DNA of 36,186 nt from an uncultured Alphaproteobacteria bacterium (GCA_947053455.1 CAMRSV010000006.1:1-36186), one strand, 5' to 3'. Counted from the stretch's first letter, positions 28,452-36,186 are shown. The notes: a model not told the origin generated them from the letters alone. Translations and numbers: made by a program.

Positions 28452-29037
28452 AAGCAAATCCATCCTTTTGTACGCGCAACGCATTTTGAAACGCGATTTT
28501 TTGCAGGTCAACGTTTATATATTCTCCAAATTTTATCGCACGCTTAAATGCAAAATTCCCATCAATAGGCTTGCCCAGTTCATACGGAATTTCTATAAAA
28601 ATGCCATGCGAATCAATAGATTGGTCAAATGTTAAATCCAAAATCGAACCGTCATAAATGTTTTTCAACCAAACATGATTCATCAAGCAGCGCCCATTCC
28701 CAATATTTGAATAATGATACATTTGCCATATCGGCGCACCCGATTTTAGACGGAACATATGATGCCATGCGTAACTTGCGATACCGCAAAAACCAGCGGA
28801 AAAATTTGCCATAGCAATACGTGATGCCTCATGCCGCGGCACTAACACAGTCGCACGCAACTGTGGCAATTTGAATGCATCACGGAACTTTTTTACCGTG
28901 TCGCACATATCAAATTTATTGCTCGCATCATCCGGCAATTTTATTGCAGAAACACGCCGCATTAACATTTCGGTTGCATTTTCATAAGTCTTTATGCGTT
29001 CCGACGAAATATCAAAAGGTTCGTTTTTTTTGTGCAT
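28441..29037 (-). CDS. Hypothetical protein, putative transglutaminase/papain-like Cys-His-Asp fold (paralog 1)
   Basis: GFCGIASY, HVWL, GSILDLTFDQ, PYELG; TTGACT-N17-TAAAAT upstream. Confidence 0.6.
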   Translation of the reverse strand: MHKKNEPFDISSERIKTYENATEMLMRRVSAIKLPDDASNKFDMCDTVKKFRDAFKLPQLRATVLVPRHEASRIAMANFSAGFCGIASYAWHHMFRLKSGAPIWQMYHYSNIGNGRCLMNHVWLKNIYDGSILDLTFDQSIDSHGIFIEIPYELGKPIDGNFAFKRAIKFGEYINVDLQKIAFQNALRVQKDGFAYGQ

Positions 29038-29160
29038 AATTTTTTAACCTGTTATTTGTAATTTTAGCGCATTTTTTGCCGATAGTCAATTTTGCCGCCC
29101 ATAACAAAAAAAACGAACAGTTTTATTGTGCATAAAAAACGGGGCATTGCCCCGTATATT

Positions 29161-30282
29161 TCATAACTCGGTCAACGGCCAACGCGGACGTGGCGCAACA
29201 GGTTCCTTGACTATTCGACCCACGACATAATTTTCAAGCCCAGCCCACGCAATCATAGCCCCGTTATCTGTACACAGATTCATCGGCGGGGCAGCAAATA
29301 CCATACCATGCGCTGCGGATAATTTTTCCATCGCCGCGCGTATAGCACTGTTTTTTGCGACCCCACCAGCAACCACCAATGTCTTTGGCGCAGCATTAAC
29401 AACACGCGCATCCCGCATCGCATTCCCCAGTCGATTTATTATACAATCAACCACGGATGCCTGGAAAGATGCGCAAAAATCATTTATAAATTCGTCCGAA
29501 TGGGGTTCGGGATTTTTTTCCAAGAATGTCCGAGCCGCGGTTTTTATCCCACTAAATGAAAAATCACATCCCGGTTTGTCACACAGCGGCCGCGGAAACT
29601 TGAATGCAGCCGGATTACCCGATTTCGCACGATTGTCCACCACCGGGCCGCCCGGATACCCCAGATTCAGCATTTTTGAAACCTTGTCAAACGCTTCGCC
29701 GGCGCTGTCATCCAGTGTCTGACCGATTAATTCATATTTTCCAACACCGCGAACCAGTAAAATCTGGCAATGACCACCTGACGCCAACATTAACAGGTAC
29801 GGAAACGCAACCGATATATTACCATCTGTTCCGTTTGCGGCCGCTGCATGCAAACGCGGCACCAGGGCGTGTCCCTCTAAATGATTCACGGCAATCAGCG
29901 GCTTGCCCGTTGATTGCGCAATACCGGTGGCGGCCATCCATCCAACCAACACCCCGCCGATAAGCCCCGGCCCGGCGGTTGCAGCAATGACATCAATGTC
30001 TGCTATTGTTTTCCCGGCCGCGACAAGCGTCTGATTTATTACCGCATCAATCGCCAGTATATGTGCACGCGCCGCCAGTTCGGGAACCACACCACCATAC
30101 TTTTGATGTTCGGGAATTTGTGAATAAATTATATGCGACAATATATTTCGGTTTGAATCAACAATTGCGGCACTGGTTTCGTCACACGAAGATTCAATTC
30201 CCAAACACAAAACAGGATGCGCCGACGCGCCGTTACCACGCATAGCGCCCATATCGGTACGAATAATATTTTCCTGGCTCAT
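29161..30282 (-). CDS. tsaD: tRNA N6-threonylcarbamoyladenosine synthase TsaD
   Basis: LGIESSCDET, GGVVPELAARAH, GPGL.G, NHLEGH, DDSAGEAFDK, CTDNGAMI. Confidence 0.97.
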   Translation of the reverse strand: MSQENIIRTDMGAMRGNGASAHPVLCLGIESSCDETSAAIVDSNRNILSHIIYSQIPEHQKYGGVVPELAARAHILAIDAVINQTLVAAGKTIADIDVIAATAGPGLIGGVLVGWMAATGIAQSTGKPLIAVNHLEGHALVPRLHAAAANGTDGNISVAFPYLLMLASGGHCQILLVRGVGKYELIGQTLDDSAGEAFDKVSKMLNLGYPGGPVVDNRAKSGNPAAFKFPRPLCDKPGCDFSFSGIKTAARTFLEKNPEPHSDEFINDFCASFQASVVDCIINRLGNAMRDARVVNAAPKTLVVAGGVAKNSAIRAAMEKLSAAHGMVFAAPPMNLCTDNGAMIAWAGLENYVVGRIVKEPVAPRPRWPLTEL

Positions 30283-30288
30283 TTGATT

Positions 30289-30594
30289 TTACAAATTTTC
30301 TTTTAATTGAATCCCTGTATAGCAAAGCGAAACAGCATCCTTTATCGCCATTTCGCCAGAATCTGGCAGGGTGGACATTTTATCAACACATGCAACTGTC
30401 AAATCAGTGTCATTTTCAGATGCCGTTAAAACACGCACCGCGGCCACACGCCGTTCCAATGATGCAGAACGCCAATTTTTTAATGTGGCAGATTCCAAAT
30501 CACTGCTGCGCTGTGCAAAAAAGAACAGCACCAGAGCCATTATCAACACACATACACCAACAAAAAACAATAAAAATTTTTTTAAGTGTTTCAT
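30289..30594 (-). CDS. Hypothetical membrane-anchored protein
   Basis: N-terminal TM, 101 aa, operon-like spacing. Confidence 0.65.
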   Translation of the reverse strand: MKHLKKFLLFFVGVCVLIMALVLFFFAQRSSDLESATLKNWRSASLERRVAAVRVLTASENDTDLTVACVDKMSTLPDSGEMAIKDAVSLCYTGIQLKENL

Positions 30595-31088
30595 TTTATC
30601 TTTCCCTTTTCTTTGGCTATTTCAATTTTTTTCTGTTGAATCACATCCCAAACACGGCGCAACATTGTACTAGAGTGATCTGGCACAGACTGCGGCGGTT
30701 CAATATGGCGAACAACTTTATCAACAATTAATTTTTCAATCTTGCTTGGGTAAAAACATCTATCACGTCTGCGTTCTGCCGGTGAAAAGACCCCAGTTAT
30801 GTTATTAGCATGAACACGATATAGCGTATTAAACGGTTTATACTCAGGCAAGCCATCAATAGTTTTAGTCCATGCATCCCACGCATAACCGGCCGCATCC
30901 AAGCCCAAGAAAATCCACAACGGTAAATTTTCTGTTCCCCACTCGTCGCCAGGATTTAACAGGCGGCCATCATTGCCCCCCAAAACAAATCCATCCAAAT
31001 ACGGCAACGTTACCTCACGACTCGGCATGGATTTCATTATTTCCTGTTCCCAGTTTGGATTATATTTATGCAAATTTTTATTATTCAT
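30591..31088 (-). CDS. Hypothetical protein
   Basis: 165-aa ORF, AAGG RBS, ATGA overlap with the next gene. Confidence 0.6.
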   Translation of the reverse strand: MNNKNLHKYNPNWEQEIMKSMPSREVTLPYLDGFVLGGNDGRLLNPGDEWGTENLPLWIFLGLDAAGYAWDAWTKTIDGLPEYKPFNTLYRVHANNITGVFSPAERRRDRCFYPSKIEKLIVDKVVRHIEPPQSVPDHSSTMLRRVWDVIQQKKIEIAKEKGKIK

Positions 31089-31167
31089 CTTTTTTACCTT
31101 TTTATAAATTTATTTCAATCAGTCAAAGATTTTTCATACTTTTCTATCTTCGACGCGGCGCTTCTTT

Positions 31168-31542
31168 TTATTTATTTTCACCGGTCACACATCCAACCAG
31201 CCACAGGTCATAATCGGCATCCTGCAACGGGTTATCACCCGGTTCATTTTTATTCATCCATCCGGAAAAAATATCACCGTCGCCGGATTTTGCGACCTCT
31301 ATAAACATGAAATAATTTTCCGCCTGGAACGGGTCGGTCTGCTTGCATGAACGTACGGTCATGGACAGCTTTTCAAATTCCACCGCTCGTCCCACCGGAA
31401 TTGTTAGTGTTTGCGTCTTGCCCGCGGCCTTGTTCATAATGCGAACCGTTGCCATATTGCGTTCAATATACGCATGTGCGCCGTTCGCAAACACAAGCGC
31501 AAATACCCCGCCAATCAATAGTTTCACAATATACTTTTTCAT
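31168..31542 (-). CDS. DUF2155 domain-containing protein
   Basis: Signal peptide; A..R..NK..G, ..V..C, F.GWM....P..N.L....YD.WL..C. Confidence 0.8.
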   Translation of the reverse strand: MKKYIVKLLIGGVFALVFANGAHAYIERNMATVRIMNKAAGKTQTLTIPVGRAVEFEKLSMTVRSCKQTDPFQAENYFMFIEVAKSGDGDIFSGWMNKNEPGDNPLQDADYDLWLVGCVTGENK

Positions 31543-31600
31543 ATTCAATATATTAGCGCGCACATCCTACAAAGTCAAATTTATAAATTACACAAATATA

Positions 31601-31628
31601 AAAAGCCCCACAAAAGTGGGACTTTTTT
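31601..31628 (-). terminator. rplS terminator
   Basis: AAAAG(C)CCCAC-AAAA-GTGGG(A)CTTTTT hairpin past the rplS stop. Confidence 0.65.
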
Positions 31629-31643
31629 ACAAACAATAAAATA

Positions 31644-32036
31644 TTATTTGTTCGCGTTCTTTTCTGCAGATGCCGCAGCCAAGTCTTCGACGATACGAGC
31701 TTTTTTGCCGGACAATCCACGCAGGAAGAACAATTTCGCACGACGAACCTTACCGATACGAACTTTTTCAATTTTTTCAATCGCCGGGCTGTACAGCGGA
31801 AATTTACGTTCCACACCAACACCGTATGATTCGCGGCGAACCGTAAAGGATGCATTATTGCCCATGCCGCCATCGCGTGCGATTACGACACCTTCAAACA
31901 TCTGGATACGGAATTTGTCGCCATCCTTAATCTTGACGTGCACCTTCAATGTATCACCGGCCTTGAAGTTCGGGATTTTTTTCTCGCCCTTTAATTTTGC
32001 AATTTGGGCTTCTTCGATTTTTTTAATAATGCTCAT
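31644..32036 (-). CDS. rplS: 50S ribosomal protein L19
   Basis: [42 protein letters not shown]. Confidence 0.98.
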   Translation of the reverse strand: MSIIKKIEEAQIAKLKGEKKIPNFKAGDTLKVHVKIKDGDKFRIQMFEGVVIARDGGMGNNASFTVRRESYGVGVERKFPLYSPAIEKIEKVRIGKVRRAKLFFLRGLSGKKARIVEDLAAASAEKNANK

Positions 32037-32038
32037 TT

Positions 32039-32719
32039 TTACTTTTCCTTTATTAAATCCGGACGACGTTCTTTTGTTATGTCATCCGATTGTTGTTTCC
32101 GCCACCGTTCGATATTGCCGTGGTGACCGGACAGCAGGACTTCTGGGACATTGTGTCCACGCCATGCCGACGGGCGGGTGTATAACGGCCATTCCAGCCC
32201 CCCGATTTCGAAACTTTCATTCGCGGTGGCATCCGCGCCACCATGCAGCACATTATCCATCACACGAACGCAACTGTCAATAAAAACTTCGGCGGCAATT
32301 TCACCCCCCGACAGTATATAGTCCCCGATGGACAATTCCATTATATCATATTCTTCGATTACGCGCTGATCAATTCCTTCGTACCGGCCACAAAGCAGGG
32401 TGTACACAGCACCCGCATCCGCGGCAAATTCGCGAACCATTTTTTGGTTCAACTGTGGCCCACGCGGCGAAAAATATATAATGCGCCCCGGTTTTTTAAC
32501 GGAATCCAGCGCCGCCCCCAGAACATCTGGGCGCATAACCATACCGGCACCGCCACCGAATTGTTCATCATCAACACTGCCATAATTATTTATGGCAAAA
32601 TCGCGAATGTTTATCGCGTCATACGACCAAATGCCACGCGCCAACGCACGCCCAACCACCCCGGCACCCAAGGTACCTGGAAACAATTCTGGAAAAATGG
32701 TCAATATGTTAAAGTGCAT
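32039..32719 (-). CDS. trmD: tRNA (guanine37-N1)-methyltransferase
   Basis: [44 protein letters not shown]. Confidence 0.97.
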   Translation of the reverse strand: MHFNILTIFPELFPGTLGAGVVGRALARGIWSYDAINIRDFAINNYGSVDDEQFGGGAGMVMRPDVLGAALDSVKKPGRIIYFSPRGPQLNQKMVREFAADAGAVYTLLCGRYEGIDQRVIEEYDIMELSIGDYILSGGEIAAEVFIDSCVRVMDNVLHGGADATANESFEIGGLEWPLYTRPSAWRGHNVPEVLLSGHHGNIERWRKQQSDDITKERRPDLIKEK

Positions 32720-32749
32720 GTCTAATAAATGACCTATCTTCTTGGATTA

Positions 32750-33001
32750 TCAACGTGTATGATTATTATGCACACACCGCGTACATATCTGTATTAAATT
32801 TTGTCTGTCCAGTTGCGGTTCCGGCGAACGAAATCCATCAAACATCATTTTCATTTCGCCATTTTCAATTGAATAGCGGAAATCCCAGCCCGATTGACGC
32901 ACCGTATCAATCAATGGGCATCGTTCCATTGGATTTGTCTTTGTGCACTCAACCGATATCAATGGTTCCTTTATAAATGTAAAATGATATATTTGTGCCA
33001 T
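32750..33001 (-). CDS. Small hypothetical Cys-containing protein inside the S16 operon
   Basis: 83-aa ORF, GGGGA RBS, C-x8-CP and C-x2-C. Confidence 0.6.
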   Translation of the reverse strand: MAQIYHFTFIKEPLISVECTKTNPMERCPLIDTVRQSGWDFRYSIENGEMKMMFDGFRSPEPQLDRQNLIQICTRCVHNNHTR

Positions 33002-33012
33002 ATTGTCCCCGT

Positions 33013-33480
33013 TTATTTAACCGTTACAATTTTATTTTCCAAATCAACCACGGCGCCATGAAAAGACAGCATATCCCCATTTTCCAATTCAATTATATCA
33101 CCGGCGCCAAAATTCTGAAAACATGCAATGCGCCCAATTTTTTCACCACCGCGCAAAACATCAAAGCCAATCAAATCCGCCTGATAATATTCGTCATCAT
33201 GCAGTTCGGGCAGGGCATCACGCATAATAAACAAATCCACCCCACGCAAAGTTTCGGCCGCATTTCGGTCGGCAATCCCGTCAACCCGCGCAACAATCAC
33301 ACTAGATGTTGGATTCAAGCGCCGCACAAAATGAAATGCGCCGTCTGAAAAACGTTCAGACACAACATTTATCTTTTGAAAATCCATTGGCGACGCAGTG
33401 TACGTTTGAACACGCATCTCGCCACGGATGCCCTGGGGGGAAACAATTTTTCCAATTAAGATTTTATTCTCATACTTCAT
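33013..33480 (-). CDS. rimM: Ribosome maturation factor RimM
   Basis: G.I..PQGIRGE, DRNAAE.L.G, DEYY..DL.G, GAGDI. Confidence 0.93.
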   Translation of the reverse strand: MKYENKILIGKIVSPQGIRGEMRVQTYTASPMDFQKINVVSERFSDGAFHFVRRLNPTSSVIVARVDGIADRNAAETLRGVDLFIMRDALPELHDDEYYQADLIGFDVLRGGEKIGRIACFQNFGAGDIIELENGDMLSFHGAVVDLENKIVTVK

Positions 33481-33534
33481 GGTTTACCAAAGAACACCAT
33501 GCCCGGGCGAACCCGGGCATGAACAAAAGCAAAA

Positions 33535-33993
33535 TTATTCTGCAACCGTTTCCGCCGGCGTGTCGGATGCGGCGGGCGCCGCTTCTTCGGCCGGGGCCTC
33601 TGCTGCTGCCTTGGCGGCGGCTTCTGCGGCGGCCTTTTCTTCGGCTATCTTTGCCAATTTGTCAGCCTTGTCCTTAATCTTCATCTGGGTCTTTTCGGAC
33701 TGCAGATGTTTTTTAGTCTGAACAGGCACTGGTTTTGCCGCAACCAAACCGGCCTTGGCCAAGAATTTGTGCACGCGATCGGATGCCTTTGCCCCCTTGG
33801 TCAGCCAAGCCTTTACCGCATCAATTTTCAAAACGACGCGCTTATCAGAATCTTTCGGCTGCATCGGATCGTATTTGCCGACCGTTTCCAGAATGTTACC
33901 GGAATTGCGCGCATTACGGGAATCCGTAACAACGATGTGGTAATACGGGCGTTTTTTTGCACCAAAACGCGCCAAACGAATAACTGTTGCCAT
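33535..33993 (-). CDS. rpsP: 30S ribosomal protein S16 with Ala/Glu-rich C-terminal extension
   Basis: IRLAR.GAKKRPYY.IVV.DSR..R, E.VG.YDP; AAGGAG RBS before the ATG at 33993. Confidence 0.96.
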   Translation of the reverse strand: MATVIRLARFGAKKRPYYHIVVTDSRNARNSGNILETVGKYDPMQPKDSDKRVVLKIDAVKAWLTKGAKASDRVHKFLAKAGLVAAKPVPVQTKKHLQSEKTQMKIKDKADKLAKIAEEKAAAEAAAKAAAEAPAEEAAPAASDTPAETVAE

Positions 33994-34130
33994 TTTATTT
34001 TGCTCCTTTTTAATTAAACTTTTATCCACAAAGAAAACCGACATCAAGAGCGAACACTCGCCGGATGATGTACCAATGCCACAACGCATCTGGGGTTATT
34101 TTGATGGCAATCTTTGGGATTTGCGAATAA

Positions 34131-34159
34131 ATTATGCACCAATATTTCGCAAAAGTCAA
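34131..34159 (-). promoter_or_regulatory. Putative rpsP operon promoter
   Basis: Minus strand TTGACT-N17-CATAAT, implying a ~130-nt 5' UTR. Confidence 0.6.
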
Positions 34160-34185
34160 ACATTTTTGCATGTTTTTAATTTAAT

Positions 34186-34417
34186 TTGCATCCGTTAATT
34201 TTTATGATGCAATGTACATTGCAAAGGGAAACCGGCGCATGGGTGTAAGAACCCATCAAAGTCTGTCGAAAGACATAAAATTAAACTCCACGATTGGTTG
34301 GAGGCCCACGATATATTTGAATAAGTGGGACTATTGACTTTGATAGTTCTTAACCTCCAGCCGTTTGGTTTTTCCAGACGGTTTTGTTTTTTAACCAAAC
34401 AAATGGAGTATAAAATG
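34186..34417 (+). repeat. Dispersed repeat of 17841-18070: structured leader copy C (promoter + C4/CI-like RNA + terminator + RBS)
   Basis: Shares TTGCATCCGTTAATTTTTATGAT, GCAAAGGGAAACCGGCGCATGGGT and an identical 64-nt 3' block (34354-34417 = 18007-18070); key TAAGAAC (34246-34252) / GTTCTTA (34346-34352). Confidence 0.9.
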
Positions 34418-34458
34418 TCAAAATACAAACCCAAAAGCCAAACAACGCCAATGCTTAA
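34415..34458 (+). pseudogene. Remnant of the cargo gene (internally deleted relative of the 18068 HTH cassette)
   Basis: Same RBS/ATG context and same terminal AATGCTTAA plus terminator as the HTH gene, but only 44 nt long. Confidence 0.5.
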
Positions 34459-34460
34459 CA

Positions 34461-34486
34461 AAAAATCCCCCATTCGGGGGATTTTT
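34461..34486. terminator. Bidirectional terminator identical in core to 18435-18460
   Basis: AAAAATCCCCC-ATTC-GGGGGATTTTT. Confidence 0.85.
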
Positions 34487-34503
34487 ATTTGCGCAACTTG
34501 ACT

Positions 34504-35757
34504 TTAATACCAGCCGCGCAATTTCATTGCTGCGGCGACACGTTTGATAGAATGCATATATGCGGCTTCGCGCATGGTGACATTGTATTCGGTCTTGATT
34601 TTATAAATCGCGTCGAATGCGTCCTTCATGGCGACATGCTCTTTCTGTTCGACCTCTGATTCCGACCAGTAGTAGCCATAGCGATTCTGAACCCATTCAA
34701 AATACGACACGGTGACACCACCGGCGTTCGCCAAAATATCCGGCACAATTGTCACGCCGCGTGCGTTTAGGATTTCTTCGCCATCCAATGTTGTTGGGCC
34801 GTTCGCCCCCTCTACAATCAGGTTGGTTTTTATCAGCGGCGCAGTATCCTTGTTAATGGTGTTTTCCATTGCACATGGCGACAGAACGTCCACATCCAAT
34901 CCCCAGAATTCATCCGCCGTAATTTCACGCGCGCCGGGGAAATCCTTGATGCTGCCCTTGTTATCCGATTTATACTGCATCAGCGCGTCAATATCCAAAC
35001 CGTTTTCATTGAACAAAATGGTATTCCATTCGGCGATTGCGACAATCTTTGCGCCCATGTCATGCGAACATTTTGCCGTAAACGACCCGACATTACCAAA
35101 GCCCTGGATTGCAATGCGGGCGCCACTCATTTCTTTGCCACTCGCGCGCAGCGCCTCTGCTATAACAATTGAAATGCCCAGGCCTGTCGCCTTGGTGCGC
35201 CCCTTGGAACCGGCCAATTCAACCGGTTTTCCGGTAAATGTGCCAAAAGACTCTTCGCCCGACAATTTGATATATTCATCAATCATCCATGCCATAATCT
35301 GGCCATTGGTGTTGACATCAGGGGCGGGGACATCACGCTTTTCACCCAAAATCGGGTAAATCGCGTCAACATACCCGCGGCACAGGCGTTCCAGTTCGCC
35401 CGCCGACAATTCTTTTGGGTCAACGATAATACCGCCTTTGCCGCCACCGTACGGAATCCCGGTGACAGAACATTTGAACGTCATCCATATAGACAAGGCG
35501 CACACTTCGTCGCGCGTCACCATCGGGTGAAAACGAACACCACCCTTGGACGGGCCGATGGCCGTGTTGTGCTGTGCACGGAACCCGGTAAATACACGCG
35601 TTGTGCCATCATCCATCTTGACCGGAATCGACACTTCGAACATGCGCTGCGGATTTTTCAAGATTTCATAAACCGCCGGTTCTAGCCCCAGTTTATCGCA
35701 CGCTACCTTAACGCGATGCTGGGCTGCGACCAACGGATTTAAATTTTCATTTGCCAT
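34504..35757 (-). CDS. gdhA: Glutamate dehydrogenase (Glu/Leu/Phe/Val dehydrogenase family)
   Basis: GPSKGGVRFHP, PYGGGKGG, VPAPDVNT, TGKP, IQGFGNVG, EGANGP, ANAGGVTVSYFEW. Confidence 0.95.
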   Translation of the reverse strand: MANENLNPLVAAQHRVKVACDKLGLEPAVYEILKNPQRMFEVSIPVKMDDGTTRVFTGFRAQHNTAIGPSKGGVRFHPMVTRDEVCALSIWMTFKCSVTGIPYGGGKGGIIVDPKELSAGELERLCRGYVDAIYPILGEKRDVPAPDVNTNGQIMAWMIDEYIKLSGEESFGTFTGKPVELAGSKGRTKATGLGISIVIAEALRASGKEMSGARIAIQGFGNVGSFTAKCSHDMGAKIVAIAEWNTILFNENGLDIDALMQYKSDNKGSIKDFPGAREITADEFWGLDVDVLSPCAMENTINKDTAPLIKTNLIVEGANGPTTLDGEEILNARGVTIVPDILANAGGVTVSYFEWVQNRYGYYWSESEVEQKEHVAMKDAFDAIYKIKTEYNVTMREAAYMHSIKRVAAAMKLRGWY

Positions 35758-35898
35758 AACTTTCTCCTTTGATTGGCTAATAAAACACCGTATGCCTAAA
35801 GGATAAAAAAAGCAAATAAAAATTTAATGCATCGTTTTGTGCTGGACTTTTATCCACATGTGTTATAAAATCGCGAGAACTAGAAAGTTCAAAGTTCC

Positions 35899-35972
35899 GC
35901 GGGCGTGGTATAATGGTAGCACGTCAGCTTCCCAAGCTGAAGACGAGGGTTCGATTCCCTTCGCCCGCACCA
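35899..35972 (+). tRNA. tRNA-Gly(CCC)
   Basis: Acceptor GCGGGCG/CGCCCGC+ACCA, anticodon arm TCAGC-TTCCCAA-GCTGA, GGTTCGATT T-loop. Confidence 0.95.
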
Positions 35973-36186
35973 AAAATTAAATTGGCCTTGCGCCAATTTT
36001 ATTTTTGGATTGTGGCACCGGAATTGAACCCGGTAAAGAGGGTTCGAAAACAAGTAGGCGAGATAAACAAAGTGCAATCGAGCCGTCACGGTTTCCCCGC
36101 AGTCACGGCGCACAAAGTGCGACGGACGAGGGATTCCCTTCGCCCGCACCAAAAATTAAATTGGCCTTGCGCCAATTTTATTTTTG
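35953..36186 (+). repeat. Direct repeat of tRNA-Gly 3' end plus downstream hairpin, 179-bp period
   Basis: 35953-36007 is identical to 36132-36186 (55 nt, running to the window end). Confidence 0.9.

Noticed and set aside
18459-33001. Several orphan proteins ending in basic residues as a possible type IV secretion signal
   Set aside because: Too weak; housekeeping proteins here also end in K/R and no secretion genes are in the window
34264-34275. TCGAAA in copy C matching the anti-key of copy A (possible cross-talk)
   Set aside because: Only 6 nt, and explained by a TGTC-GAAA-GACA GNRA hairpin homologous to TGTCA-GAAG-TGACA in copy B
9087-34490. Interpreting the dispersed leader as CRISPR, IS/MITE, T-box or metabolite riboswitch
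   Set aside because: No repeat-spacer array, terminal inverted repeats, target duplication or transposase. No T-box UGGNACC bulge or recognisable aptamer consensus.
34022-35858. Two perfect DnaA boxes (34022-34030, 35850-35858) as possible oriC
   Set aside because: Isolated single boxes 1.8 kb apart, separated by gdhA; no cluster, unwinding element or origin-linked genes
36008-36152. Second tRNA or the 87-aa minus ORF at 35889-36152
   Set aside because: The second copy lacks the TTCG loop and the 5' half. The ORF is the antisense reading of tRNA-Gly.

Overview
Chromosomal, mostly housekeeping window from an alphaproteobacterium. The markers are trcR/DUF1013, DUF2155, ruvB-ybgC-tolQRA, a TipN/GPR-like protein and AddA. 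The compact, divergent genes suggest a reduced-genome host-associated lineage such as Ca. Enterousia/Rs-D84 (inference). It carries tolA/R/Q, ybgC, ruvB, an OmpR/EnvZ-like pair, argS, rplM-rpsI, tRNA-Ser(GCT), cysS, trcR, rpoD, tmk, a split addA, recN, xseA, tsaD, rpsP-rimM-trmD-rplS, gdhA and tRNA-Gly(CCC), plus several orphan or secreted proteins. No integrase, transposase, CRISPR or phage structural gene is visible. The main unexplained signal is a ~200-230 nt non-coding module present three times (about 9087-9304, 17841-18070, 34186-34417). Each copy has a sigma70 promoter, a hairpin presenting a 7-8 nt 'key', a three-way-junction RNA carrying the exact reverse complement of that key, an intrinsic terminator, an RBS and a cargo ATG. 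The key/anti-key pair differs in each copy yet stays complementary, and an inner stem covaries. This resembles phage C4/CI antisense-RNA attenuators, but here it precedes a secreted protease, an XRE-HTH gene and an apparently emptied cassette. Other oddities are a fissioned AddA, a degenerate sigma70 region 2.3, a catalytically dead alpha/beta hydrolase, two tandem Cys-His-Asp paralogs, probable leaderless genes and a 179-bp-period repeat at the tRNA-Gly 3' end.
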